Positions 10,597 through 20,988 of a stretch of DNA of 64,000 nucleotides are shown here, one piece after another; the stretch's first letter is position 1; each line of letters starts with the position of its first letter. The DNA lies in the NCBI GenBank assembly GCA_963522215.1, contig CAUQXM010000003.1, forward strand, positions 306 to 64,305, given 5' to 3'. The position numbers were made by a program, and so were the translations under genes. The stretch comes from an uncultured Streptococcus sp. (GTDB taxonomy: Bacteria; Bacillota; Bacilli; Lactobacillales; Streptococcaceae). The notes below the pieces were generated by a model. It did not search any database and was not told the DNA's origin. It saw only the letters and a program-made list of their open reading frames with translations.

Positions 10597-11496
10597 ATGA
10601 GAAATATGAAGACAAAATATGCTGTTTGGGTGGCCTTTTTCTTAAATTTGACTTATGCCATTGTCGAGTTTATTGCAGGTGGAATATTTGGTTCGAGCGC
10701 TGTTCTTGCTGACTCTGTGCATGACTTGGGAGATGCGATTGCAATTGGAATATCAGCTTTTCTAGAAACCATCTCTAATCGTGAAGAAGATAATCAGTAC
10801 ACCTTGGGCTATAAGCGGTTTAGTCTGCTAGGAGCCTTGGTAACAGCGATAATACTCATGACAGGATCAGTTCTAGTCATTTTGGAAAATGTCACGAAGA
10901 TTTTAAATCCGCAACCAGTCAATGATGAGGGGATTCTCTGGTTAGGAATTATTGCGATTACTATTAATGTGTTAGCGAGTCTAGTGGTTGGTAAGGGAAA
11001 GACAAAGAATGAGTCTATTCTGAGTCTGCATTTTCTGGAAGATACCCTAGGGTGGCTGGCTGTGATTCTGATGGCGATTGTTCTTCGGTTCACGAACTGG
11101 TATATCCTAGACCCACTTTTGTCCCTTGTCATTTCTTTCTTTATTCTTTCAAAAGCCCTTCCACGTTTTTGGTCTACGCTCAAGATTTTCTTGGATGCTG
11201 TGCCAGAAGGTCTTGATATTGAGCAAGTAAAGAATGGCCTGGAGCGATTGGACAATGTGGCCAGTCTTAATCAGCTTAATCTCTGGACTATGGATGGTTT
11301 GGAAAAAAATGCCATTGTCCATCTCTGTTTAGAAGATTGGGAGCAGATGACGGAAACAAAGAATCAAGTACGTCAGCTCTTAGAAGAAAGAGGTGTGCAG
11401 AATATTACTATCGAAGTGGACACCAGTCAAAGCAATCATGCGCAACATAAGCGAAAGGTAACAGCTTTAGAGCAGCACCACGGGCATCAACACTAG
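10597..11496 (+). CDS. czcD: CDF zinc exporter CzcD
   Basis: LADSVHDLGD and LHFLED metal sites; His-rich tail. Confidence 0.95.
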   Translation: MRNMKTKYAVWVAFFLNLTYAIVEFIAGGIFGSSAVLADSVHDLGDAIAIGISAFLETISNREEDNQYTLGYKRFSLLGALVTAIILMTGSVLVILENVTKILNPQPVNDEGILWLGIIAITINVLASLVVGKGKTKNESILSLHFLEDTLGWLAVILMAIVLRFTNWYILDPLLSLVISFFILSKALPRFWSTLKIFLDAVPEGLDIEQVKNGLERLDNVASLNQLNLWTMDGLEKNAIVHLCLEDWEQMTETKNQVRQLLEERGVQNITIEVDTSQSNHAQHKRKVTALEQHHGHQH

Positions 11497-11501
11497 AAAA
11501 A

Positions 11502-11628
11502 GAGGCTGGGACAAAACTCAATTTCAAGAGAGAATGAAGTAAATCTTCACACAAAAACGCATAGTATCAAGGTTTCTAAACATTTGACACTATGCGCTTT
11601 TTGCTTTTAGAGACTTTTTGCCTAGCTT
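11502..11628. repeat. Small intergenic repeat (SPRITE/IS1182-end-like) with internal hairpin
   Basis: Ends GAGGCTGGGACAAAA / TTTTTGCCTAGCTT; internal GCATAGTATCAA..TTGACACTATGC stem. Confidence 0.55.
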
Positions 11629-11638
11629 ATTTAATATC

Positions 11639-12661
<1,023 letters not shown>

Positions 12662-12684
12662 TTAGTATATCATATTTTTCTGCT

Positions 12685-12767
12685 TTTTACTGATAATTTA
12701 GTAAAATTTTAGTAAAAAGGATTGACCTTGGGAAATCCCTTGGATACAATAGAAGAAAACGATTACA
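12685..12767 (+). promoter_or_regulatory. galK promoter with GalR-type boxes and cre
   Basis: TTTTACT..AGTAAAA and TTTTAGTAAAA boxes; TTGACC-17-TACAAT; cre-like AGAAAACGATTACA at 12754. Confidence 0.7.
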
Positions 12768-12806
12768 CGTTAAGGTGACTTAACGGACAGTAAAAGGAGA
12801 AATCAT

Positions 12807-13985
12807 ATGACACAACATCTTACTGCTGAAGCTCTTCGTAAAGACTTTCTTGCTGTTTTTGGTCAAGAAGCAGATCAAATATTCTTTTCACCAGGTCGTA
12901 TCAACTTGATTGGTGAGCACACAGACTATAATGGTGGACATGTATTTCCAGCAGCTATTTCCTTAGGAACTTACGGTGCAGCTCGTAAGCGTGACGACCA
13001 AGTTTTACGTTTCTACTCAGCTAACTTTGAGGACAAGGGTATTATCGAAGTGCCTCTCGCCGACCTCAAGTTTGAAAAAGAGCACAACTGGACCAACTAT
13101 CCAAAAGGAGTTCTTCATTTCTTGCAAGAAGCTGGGCATGTGATTGACAAAGGTTTTGATTTTTATGTTTATGGGAATATCCCAAATGGTGCTGGTTTGT
13201 CTTCTTCAGCATCCTTGGAACTTTTGACAGGGGTTGTGGCAGAGCATCTCTTTGATTTAAAATTAGAGCGTCTCGATTTGGTTAAAATCGGAAAACAAAC
13301 AGAAAACAACTTTATCGGAGTCAACTCTGGTATCATGGACCAGTTTGCTATCGGTATGGGGGCAGACCAACGTGCTATTTACTTAGATACTAACACTTTA
13401 GAGTATGACTTGGTGCCACTTGATTTGAAGGACAATGTCGTTGTTATTATGAACACCAATAAACGCCGTGAATTGGCAGACTCTAAATACAATGAACGCC
13501 GTGCTGAATGTGAAAAAGCAGTGGAAGAATTGCAAGTCGCCTTAGATATTCAGACCTTGGGTGAATTGGACGAGTGGACCTTTGACCAATATAGCTATCT
13601 GATTAAAGACGAAAATCGTTTGAAACGTGCTCGCCATGCTGTGCTTGAAAACCAACGTACCCTTAAAGCTCAAGCAGCCCTTCAAGCAGGTGATTTGGAA
13701 ACATTTGGTCGTTTGATGAATGCGTCACACGTTTCTCTGGAGCATGATTACGAAGTAACTGGTTTGGAATTGGATACTCTTGTTCACACAGCTTGGGCAC
13801 AAGAAGGTGTTCTCGGTGCTCGTATGACAGGGGCAGGTTTTGGCGGATGTGCCATTGCTTTGGTGCAAAAAGATGCTGTTGAGGCCTTTAAGGAAGCTGT
13901 TGGCAAACACTACGAGGAAGTAGTTGGCTACGCTCCAAGCTTCTATATCGCTGAAGTTGCAGGTGGCACTCGCGTCCTTGACTAG
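12807..13985 (+). CDS. galK: Galactokinase
   Basis: [32 protein letters not shown]. Confidence 0.97.
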   Translation: MTQHLTAEALRKDFLAVFGQEADQIFFSPGRINLIGEHTDYNGGHVFPAAISLGTYGAARKRDDQVLRFYSANFEDKGIIEVPLADLKFEKEHNWTNYPKGVLHFLQEAGHVIDKGFDFYVYGNIPNGAGLSSSASLELLTGVVAEHLFDLKLERLDLVKIGKQTENNFIGVNSGIMDQFAIGMGADQRAIYLDTNTLEYDLVPLDLKDNVVVIMNTNKRRELADSKYNERRAECEKAVEELQVALDIQTLGELDEWTFDQYSYLIKDENRLKRARHAVLENQRTLKAQAALQAGDLETFGRLMNASHVSLEHDYEVTGLELDTLVHTAWAQEGVLGARMTGAGFGGCAIALVQKDAVEAFKEAVGKHYEEVVGYAPSFYIAEVAGGTRVLD

Positions 13986-14003
13986 TCAAAAGGAGGCTCT
14001 ATA

Positions 14004-15485
14004 GTGACCTTAGTAGATAAATTTGTAACACATGTCATTTCTGAAAGTTCATTTGAGGAAATGGATCGAATCTACCTGACCAATCGTGTCTTGGCACGAG
14101 TGGGAGATGGTGTTTTGGAAGTTGAGACCAATCTGGATAAAGTGATTGACCTCAAGGACCAGCTGGTTGAGGAAGCCGTTCGATTAGAGACGATTGAGGA
14201 TAGTCAGACTGCGCGTGAAATCCTTGGTGCTGAACTGATGGATTTGGTAACCCCTTGTCCAAGTCAGGTCAATCGTGATTTTTGGACAACCTATGCCCAC
14301 TCTCCTGAGCAGGCGATTGCGGATTTTTACCAACTTAGCCAGAAAAATGACTACATCAAACTCAAGGCTATTGCTAAAAATATCGCTTATCGTGTTCCAT
14401 CTGATTACGGTGAACTTGAAATTACCATCAACCTCTCTAAGCCTGAAAAGGATCCCAAAGAGATTGCGACAGCCAAGTTGGTGCAAGCTAGTAATTATCC
14501 TCAGTGTCAGCTTTGTCTAGAGAATGAGGGCTACCATGGTCGGGTCAACCACCCAGCTCGCAGCAACCACCGTATTATCCGTTTTGAAATGGCTGGTCAG
14601 GAGTGGGGCTTCCAGTATTCGCCCTATGCTTACTTTAATGAGCACTGTATTTTCTTAGATGGCCAGCATCGTCCCATGGCCATTAGTCGTCAGAGTTTTG
14701 AGCGTCTACTGGCTATTGTAGAGCAGTTTCCAGGCTATTTTGCGGGTTCAAATGCCGACCTGCCGATTGTGGGGGGCTCTATTCTAACTCATGATCACTA
14801 TCAGGGAGGCCGTCATGTATTTCCTATGGAATTGGCTCCCTTGCAAAAGACCTTCCTATTTGCTGGTTTTGAGCAGGTCAAGGCTGGAATTGTCAAATGG
14901 CCAATGTCAGTGTTGCGTTTGACTTCGGATTCCAAAGAAGATTTGATCAACTTGGCTGACAAGATTTTACAGGAATGGCGTCAGTATTCAGATCCTAGTG
15001 TGCAGATTTTGGCAGAGACGGACGGAACACCGCATCACACCATCACACCCATTGCCCGTAAACGCGATGGCCAGTTTGAGTTGGACTTAGTCTTGAGAGA
15101 CAATCAGACATCGCTAGAGCATCCTGATGGCATCTATCATCCCCACAAGGATGTACAACATATCAAGAAGGAAAATATCGGCTTGATTGAGGTCATGGGC
15201 TTGGCAATCTTGCCACCACGTTTAAAAGAAGAAGTGGAGCAAGTCGCTAGCTATCTTGTAGGAGAAGCTGATACAGTTTCCGACTATCATCAGGAATGGG
15301 CAGACCAACTTAGAACCCACTATCCAGATCTAACAGATAAAGAAAAAGCCCTTGAAATCGTCAAGGACTCTGTGGGTACTATCTTTGCGCGTGTGCTTGA
15401 GGATGCAGGAGTCTACAAGCAGACGGAACAAGGACAGGCAGCCTTTATGCGCTTTGTGGAGCAGGTCGGAATTTTGCCAGACTAG
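14004..15485 (+). CDS. galT: Galactose-1-phosphate uridylyltransferase (Gram-positive type)
   Basis: [34 protein letters not shown]. Confidence 0.95.
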   Translation: MTLVDKFVTHVISESSFEEMDRIYLTNRVLARVGDGVLEVETNLDKVIDLKDQLVEEAVRLETIEDSQTAREILGAELMDLVTPCPSQVNRDFWTTYAHSPEQAIADFYQLSQKNDYIKLKAIAKNIAYRVPSDYGELEITINLSKPEKDPKEIATAKLVQASNYPQCQLCLENEGYHGRVNHPARSNHRIIRFEMAGQEWGFQYSPYAYFNEHCIFLDGQHRPMAISRQSFERLLAIVEQFPGYFAGSNADLPIVGGSILTHDHYQGGRHVFPMELAPLQKTFLFAGFEQVKAGIVKWPMSVLRLTSDSKEDLINLADKILQEWRQYSDPSVQILAETDGTPHHTITPIARKRDGQFELDLVLRDNQTSLEHPDGIYHPHKDVQHIKKENIGLIEVMGLAILPPRLKEEVEQVASYLVGEADTVSDYHQEWADQLRTHYPDLTDKEKALEIVKDSVGTIFARVLEDAGVYKQTEQGQAAFMRFVEQVGILPD

Positions 15486-15554
15486 GAGCTTTCTCCTTGC
15501 ACAGTCCTATAAAAAGTAGTATCATAGTGTCGTTTGAAATATCAGGAGGAAACG

Positions 15555-15959
15555 ATGAAAGATTTTCATTTTGACGCTATATCTGCCTTTGAAAATTACG
15601 AAATTGAACAAATGAGAGATGGTCACGTTGTGGTGACGACCAAAGTAGTGGACTCGTCGCTCAACTACTATGGCAATGCCCATGGTGGCTATCTCTTTAC
15701 TCTCTGTGACCAGATTAGTGGTTTGGTGGTTATCTCTCTGGGGCTTGATGGAGTGACACTCCAATCCTCTATCAACTACCTCAAAGCAGGAAAACTCGAC
15801 GATGTGCTGACCATTAAAGGAGAATGTGTCCACCAAGGACGCACAACTTGCGTCGTGGATGTCGATATCACCAATCAAGAAGGCAGAAATGTCTGTAAAG
15901 CAACCTTTACCATGTTTGTTACAGGCCAACGGTCAGAAGACAGACAGGTAAGGATATAG
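15555..15959 (+). CDS. PaaI-family thioesterase
   Basis: NYYGNAHGGYLFTLCD hotdog motif; ATG after AGGAGG. Confidence 0.9.
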   Translation: MKDFHFDAISAFENYEIEQMRDGHVVVTTKVVDSSLNYYGNAHGGYLFTLCDQISGLVVISLGLDGVTLQSSINYLKAGKLDDVLTIKGECVHQGRTTCVVDVDITNQEGRNVCKATFTMFVTGQRSEDRQVRI

Positions 15960-15991
15960 AGAAACAAAAAAGAGGCTCACACCTCTTTTTC

Positions 15992-17254
15992 TTATTTCTT
16001 TTTATGATTTAATACGGCATTGAGGACAATGGCGAGTAGGCTGGCTACGACGATTCCGTTTGAGAAGAACATTTGGAAGGCTGTCGGCATGCTGACAAAG
16101 AGATTACTGTTGTTGAGTCCGACACCTGCAGCGATTGAGACTGCTGCGATAAGGAAGTTGTGTTCATTGTTAGCAAAGTCAACACGAGCGAGGATTTGCA
16201 TCCCTTGAATCGATACAAAACCAAACATCACCAGCATGGCACCACCGAGGACAGGGCTTGGAATGATTTGGGCAAGGGCGCCAAACTTAGGAAGGAGTCC
16301 AAGGAGAACCAGGAAACCAGCTGCGTAGTAGATTGGCAGGCGAGTCTTGATACCTGATAATTTAACCAAACCAACGTTTTGTGAAAATCCTGTGTAAGGG
16401 AAGGTGTTAAAGATTCCTCCGAGAAGTACGGCCAAACCTTCTGCGCGGTAACCGTTGCGAAGGCGCGTGCTGTCGATTGGGTCTTTCGTGATATCAGACA
16501 AGGCTAGGTAAACACCAGTGGATTCAACCATAGACACTGTTGCGATGATACACATCATGACAATCGATGAGATTTCAAAAGTTGGCATCCCAAAGTAGAG
16601 TGGAGTTGGGACATGGACAAGTGGCGCTGCCGCAACAGGAGAGAAGTCAACCAAGCCCATGGTAGCGGCAATGGCAGTTCCAACAACCAGACCAATCAAA
16701 ATAGAGATAGACTTGATAAATCCTTTGGTAAAGATGTTGATCAAGAGGATAATCAGAACAGTGATAGCTGCAAGCAAGAGACTTTGACCAGTTGGCTCTG
16801 GAACGTTATTTCCCATATTTCCAATAGCGACAGGAATCAAGGTTAAACCAATCGTGGTAATAACAGATCCTGTTACGATAGATGGGAAGAGATTGGCCAC
16901 TTTTGAGAAGATGCCTGAAACAAGAACCACGTAAATCCCTGATGCGATAAGGGCACCAAACATAGCGCCACTACCATGGCTTTGCCCAATCATAATCAAG
17001 GGAGCGACGGATTGGAAGGCTACTCCGAGAACGACTGGTAGTCCAATACCAAAGTATTTGTTGAGTTGGAGTTGGAGGAAAGTTGCCACCCCACACATGA
17101 AGATATCTGTAGAAATCAGGTAGGTCAACTGCTCAGCTGAATAGCCAAGAGCTGTCGCAATCATGATGGGAACCAGGATGGAACCTGAGTACATGGCTAG
17201 TAAGTGCTGCAAGCCAAGAACGGCTGCTTGCGAGTGTTTTTCTTGAGTTTGCAT
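15992..17254 (-). CDS. pbuX: Xanthine permease
   Basis: NCS2 motifs LQH and FSQNVG; operon with xpt. Confidence 0.95.
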   Translation of the reverse strand: MQTQEKHSQAAVLGLQHLLAMYSGSILVPIMIATALGYSAEQLTYLISTDIFMCGVATFLQLQLNKYFGIGLPVVLGVAFQSVAPLIMIGQSHGSGAMFGALIASGIYVVLVSGIFSKVANLFPSIVTGSVITTIGLTLIPVAIGNMGNNVPEPTGQSLLLAAITVLIILLINIFTKGFIKSISILIGLVVGTAIAATMGLVDFSPVAAAPLVHVPTPLYFGMPTFEISSIVMMCIIATVSMVESTGVYLALSDITKDPIDSTRLRNGYRAEGLAVLLGGIFNTFPYTGFSQNVGLVKLSGIKTRLPIYYAAGFLVLLGLLPKFGALAQIIPSPVLGGAMLVMFGFVSIQGMQILARVDFANNEHNFLIAAVSIAAGVGLNNSNLFVSMPTAFQMFFSNGIVVASLLAIVLNAVLNHKKK

Positions 17255-17835
17255 TAGAGATCTGCCTCCTTAAATACGACTTGACCATTTTCAAAACGAT
17301 CTAAACGAGCGAGTGATAGAACAGGGTAGCCTGCTTTTTCAAGCAAATCACGGCCATCTTGGAAGGATTTTTCAATCACAATACCGATGGCTTCGACTGT
17401 GGCACCAGCTTGTTCGATGATTTGAATCAAGCCTTTGGCAGCTTGGCCATTAGCAAGGAAGTCGTCGATAATCAAGACCTTGTCCTCTGGTGAGAGGAAT
17501 TTTCCAGCGATAGAAACGGTGCTGGTTACTTGCTTGGTAAAGGAGTAAACTTCGGCAGTTAAGATTCCTTCGTTCATAGTGATGTTTTTAGCTTTTTTAG
17601 CAAAAATCATGGGAACGTTTAAGGCTTCCGCTGTAAAAACGGCTGGGGCAATACCCGACGCTTCAATGGTCACGACCTTGGTAATACCAGCAGAAGCAAA
17701 TTTTTCCGCAAAAACCTTACCAATCTCTCGCATCAAGCTAAAGTCAACTTGGTGGGTTAAAAAGGAATCCACCTTGAGGATGTTGTCACCCAAGATATGC
17801 CCATCCTTGAGGATGCGCTCTTCTAATAATTTCAT
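17254..17835 (-). CDS. xpt: Xanthine phosphoribosyltransferase
   Basis: [20 protein letters not shown]. Confidence 0.97.
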   Translation of the reverse strand: MKLLEERILKDGHILGDNILKVDSFLTHQVDFSLMREIGKVFAEKFASAGITKVVTIEASGIAPAVFTAEALNVPMIFAKKAKNITMNEGILTAEVYSFTKQVTSTVSIAGKFLSPEDKVLIIDDFLANGQAAKGLIQIIEQAGATVEAIGIVIEKSFQDGRDLLEKAGYPVLSLARLDRFENGQVVFKEADL

Positions 17836-17914
17836 AAGACCTCCTAAAGTCTAAAAGCCAATTTACTTGTTGTTTAAATGTTTCTATAGTGATCCCTTTT
17901 GCTAGTACTATATA

Positions 17915-18090
17915 TTTGATAAAACTATTACGAGCGAAGCGAGTCTTATCAAATATTTCCCGTTGTAGTGGTATCATAGACAATAATCTTGTTATTGTCT
18001 ATGACGGGATTTTTGAGACTTTTGGCTCAAAAATTAGGGATGAAATTCCGAAGGAAGTTGCTCCCGTCCGCACTAATTAAGGGAAATATT
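17915..18090. repeat. Multi-hairpin structured element in the xpt leader
   Basis: Nested inverted repeats AATATTTCCC/GGGAAATATT, TCATAGACAATAA/TTATTGTCTATGA, GACGGGA/TCCCGTC, ATTTTTGAG/CTCAAAAAT. Confidence 0.7.
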
Positions 18091-18100
18091 AAAAATATTC

Positions 18101-18131
18101 AAAAAAGACCTACTTAATCTCTAAGCAAGTC
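18101..18131 (-). terminator. Terminator of the purine riboswitch expression platform
   Basis: Minus strand GACTTGCTTAG-AGA-TTAAGTAGGTC-TTTTTT. Confidence 0.75.
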
Positions 18132-18169
18132 CCCAAAATAGGCATGACAAAAACGACCATACCTCACTT

Positions 18170-18245
18170 CTGACTTACTTATTGTTAGGTGTTCCGGCAC
18201 CTTGTAGAAACGTCGTGCCAATTCACGACATAAACAAGTAAAATG
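18170..18245 (-). ncRNA. Purine (guanine-type) riboswitch
   Basis: Minus strand TACTTGTTTATGTCGTGAATTGGCACGACGTTTCTACAAGGTGCCGGAACACCTAACAATAAGTA; C at the discriminator; upstream of xpt-pbuX. Confidence 0.92.
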
Positions 18246-18487
18246 ATATTCAATTTCAAATAGGCTTGAGCCAATGTTTTTATTTTACACTAAATAACTT
18301 TAAAAATCAAATATTTTGTCAGTATTTAGATATAAAAAACGAACAAATGTAAGAAAATGGACAAAAATCCATCATTGGCTAACATTTAGAAGGTTTTTCC
18401 ATCATAAAAGGGCATATTATTAGGTTTTTAAACACCTGACAATATGCCTTTTTCTAACTTTAAAGACTTTTCCCAATCTTTATTATT

Positions 18488-18874
18488 CTACTCGCTAAAT
18501 CTTAAAAAATAGCCATCTGGATCCAAAACTGCAAATTCATGAGGATATATAAAGCTATTTCCTACTCGAAATTCTCTTTTTGTCAGGGGACGATGGATAG
18601 GATAGTCAGCTTCCAGCAGTTTTTGGTGGAGCTGAGGAACATCTGCAATGCCAAAGGAAATATTGACACCGCGCCCGAAAGGATAGGTCAGCTGGGCTAA
18701 TTCTTCTGCGCTGCCTTCTTCTAGCATAAGTTGGCAGTCTTCAAGCGAGAGGAAGAGAAATTTCTCCTCTGGACGCTCGTATTCGACAGAGAATCCCAGC
18801 AGGTCGCAGTAGAAGTGGCGTGATTTTTCGATGTCAGATACTACAAATTCAGGAATGACAGCTTGATAGTCCAT
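18488..18874 (-). CDS. VOC/glyoxalase-family protein
   Basis: FYCDLLGF, EFAVLDPDGYFLRF. Confidence 0.85.
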   Translation of the reverse strand: MDYQAVIPEFVVSDIEKSRHFYCDLLGFSVEYERPEEKFLFLSLEDCQLMLEEGSAEELAQLTYPFGRGVNISFGIADVPQLHQKLLEADYPIHRPLTKREFRVGNSFIYPHEFAVLDPDGYFLRFSE

Positions 18875-18885
18875 TAGCTTTCTCC

Positions 18886-19713
18886 TTAGAGCTCAATCTC
18901 CATGACAATGGGTGTGTGGTCTTGGCGCGCACCTGAGTCAATCATATCAGACTTGGTCACCTTGTCAGCCACGCGGTTGCTTGTCAGCCAGTAGTCGATT
19001 CTCCAGCCTGTATTGTTGATTTTAGAAGTCTTGCTGCGTTGTGCCCACCAAGTGTAGCGTTCTGGAACATCGCCGTGAATGTGGCGGAAGGTATCCGTAA
19101 ATCCAGTTGCCAAGAGGTTGGTAAATCCAGCACGTTCCTCGTCGGTAAATCCAGGTGAACGGCGGTTGCTAGCAGGATTTGCAAGGTCGATTTCATTGTG
19201 GGCTACGTTGTAGTCACCGGTCGCAAGGACTGGTTTTTCTTTGTCTAGTTCAGCCAAATACTCCGCATATTTGACATCCCAGACTTGACGTTCTTCCAAG
19301 CGTTTGAGACCGTCGCCAGCGTTTGGAGTGTAAACTTGGGTTACGAAAAATTCATCAAATTCTAGAGTGATGATACGGCCTTCCAAGTCCATGGTAGAAG
19401 GGGCACCGATTTCTGGGAAGCTGATAGTAGGCGTAAGTTCTTTCTTATAGAGGAACATGGTTCCAGCATAGCCTTTACGGGCAGGTTCTTGGGAAGAGCG
19501 CCACGTGTTTTCGTAACCTGGGAAGAGTTCCTCTAAAATTTCCAAGTGTTTCTTTGTAGGACCCTTGGCAGAAAGCTTGGTTTCTTGGATAGCGATGATA
19601 TCAGCATTTTCAGCGACCAAGGTTTGTAGGACTTCTTGGGACAATTTGGCACGAGCTGAGTCACTAGTTAGGGCAGCATTGAGGGAATCAATATTCCATG
19701 AGATAAGTTTCAT
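18886..19713 (-). CDS. exoA: Exodeoxyribonuclease III
   Basis: MKLISWNID, QETK, GDYN, GWRIDY, DHTP; likely start 19713. Confidence 0.95.
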   Translation of the reverse strand: MKLISWNIDSLNAALTSDSARAKLSQEVLQTLVAENADIIAIQETKLSAKGPTKKHLEILEELFPGYENTWRSSQEPARKGYAGTMFLYKKELTPTISFPEIGAPSTMDLEGRIITLEFDEFFVTQVYTPNAGDGLKRLEERQVWDVKYAEYLAELDKEKPVLATGDYNVAHNEIDLANPASNRRSPGFTDEERAGFTNLLATGFTDTFRHIHGDVPERYTWWAQRSKTSKINNTGWRIDYWLTSNRVADKVTKSDMIDSGARQDHTPIVMEIEL

Positions 19714-19846
19714 AAAGTTACCTTTTTCATTCAGATTATAGATTTTATTATACCAAAAAAAGGTCCATTTCCCCAACGTATGGCTTGAAAAATCACTCTC
19801 TTTCGTTTATAATTAAGAATGATTTTATGAAAGGGAGTGAAAATAA

Positions 19847-20302
19847 ATGAAATTTTACTCATATGACTATGTACTTAGCCAAATCAGTCAGCAAAATGGC
19901 ATCATGATTGGCTTTGGGATTGTGCTCCTAGCTATCACAGGATTTTTTGCTTTTAAAGCCTATCGAGATAAAAAGGGGACTAAGTTTCGGGAATTGGTCA
20001 TGATTTTGGCCTTGACCTTAGTAGCCATGCTTTTGGTGACAATTTCAAAATACCAGACCAACCAAGCCTCTAACAACCAATTTCAAACTTCACTTCATTT
20101 CATAGAGGTTGTTTCCAAAGACTTGGGAGTGGATAAATCAGAAGTTTATGTCAATACTTCTGCAGCCACTGATGGAGCGCTTATCAAGGTAGGTTCAAAT
20201 TTCTATCGTGCCATGAACGGGAGCCAACCAGACAAGTATCTTTTAGAGAAATTAGAATTGCATCAAACAGACGCTATTGAATTGGTGGAGGTAAACAAAT
20301 GA
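19847..20302 (+). CDS. DUF3290-like membrane protein
   Basis: MKFYSYDY start, two TM helices, paired with a DUF421 gene. Confidence 0.7.
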   Translation: MKFYSYDYVLSQISQQNGIMIGFGIVLLAITGFFAFKAYRDKKGTKFRELVMILALTLVAMLLVTISKYQTNQASNNQFQTSLHFIEVVSKDLGVDKSEVYVNTSAATDGALIKVGSNFYRAMNGSQPDKYLLEKLELHQTDAIELVEVNK

Positions 20303-20934
20303 CACTCAACTATATGGAAATTTTAATCAAACTGGCCTTGGGGCTCTTCTCGCTTGTTTTTGTTATCAATGTGACAGGAAAGGGGAATCTGGCGCCTAAC
20401 TCTGCGACAGACCAAATTCAGAACTATGTTCTCGGTGGTATCATCGGTGGGGTGATTTACAATAGTTCTATTAGCATTCTCCAGTACGCAGTGATTTTGA
20501 TGATGTGGACGATTTTGGTTTTGACCCTCAAATGGCTCAATAACAATGTTCGTTTTGTCAAACGCTTGATTGATGGAAAGCCAACTCTCCTCATCAAAAA
20601 TGGGCAGATTGACCCAGAAGCCTGTCGTTCAGTTGGTTTGTCTGCAGCGGAAGTAGCCCTCAAACTTCGTAGCCAAGGGATTTTCCAGATGAAGCAGGTC
20701 AAATGCGCTGTGCAGGAGCAAAATGGCCAACTCATCGTGGTCCAAATGGGAGATGAAAATCCTAAGTATCCAGTTGTGACTGACGGTGTGATTCAAGTTG
20801 ATGTTTTGGAATCGATTGGTCGTAGCGAAGAGTGGTTGCTTGATAACCTCAACAAACAAGGGCATGACAATGTAGCCAATATCTTTATCGCTGAGTATGA
20901 CAAGGGTGCGGTCACAGTCGTAACCTATGAATAA
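20299..20934 (+). CDS. DUF421/YetF-family membrane protein
   Basis: GKPTLLIKNG, LRSQGIF, EQNGQL. Confidence 0.85.
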   Translation: MTLNYMEILIKLALGLFSLVFVINVTGKGNLAPNSATDQIQNYVLGGIIGGVIYNSSISILQYAVILMMWTILVLTLKWLNNNVRFVKRLIDGKPTLLIKNGQIDPEACRSVGLSAAEVALKLRSQGIFQMKQVKCAVQEQNGQLIVVQMGDENPKYPVVTDGVIQVDVLESIGRSEEWLLDNLNKQGHDNVANIFIAEYDKGAVTVVTYE

Positions 20935-20988
20935 GAAAAACCTGGGGTCTTGGCCTCAGGTTTCTATTTGCAATCAGAAAGGGATGTT

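Noticed and set aside
17786..18080. Small ORFs 17786-17983 and 17889-18080
   Set aside because: They overlap the structured xpt leader; no RBS or protein motif
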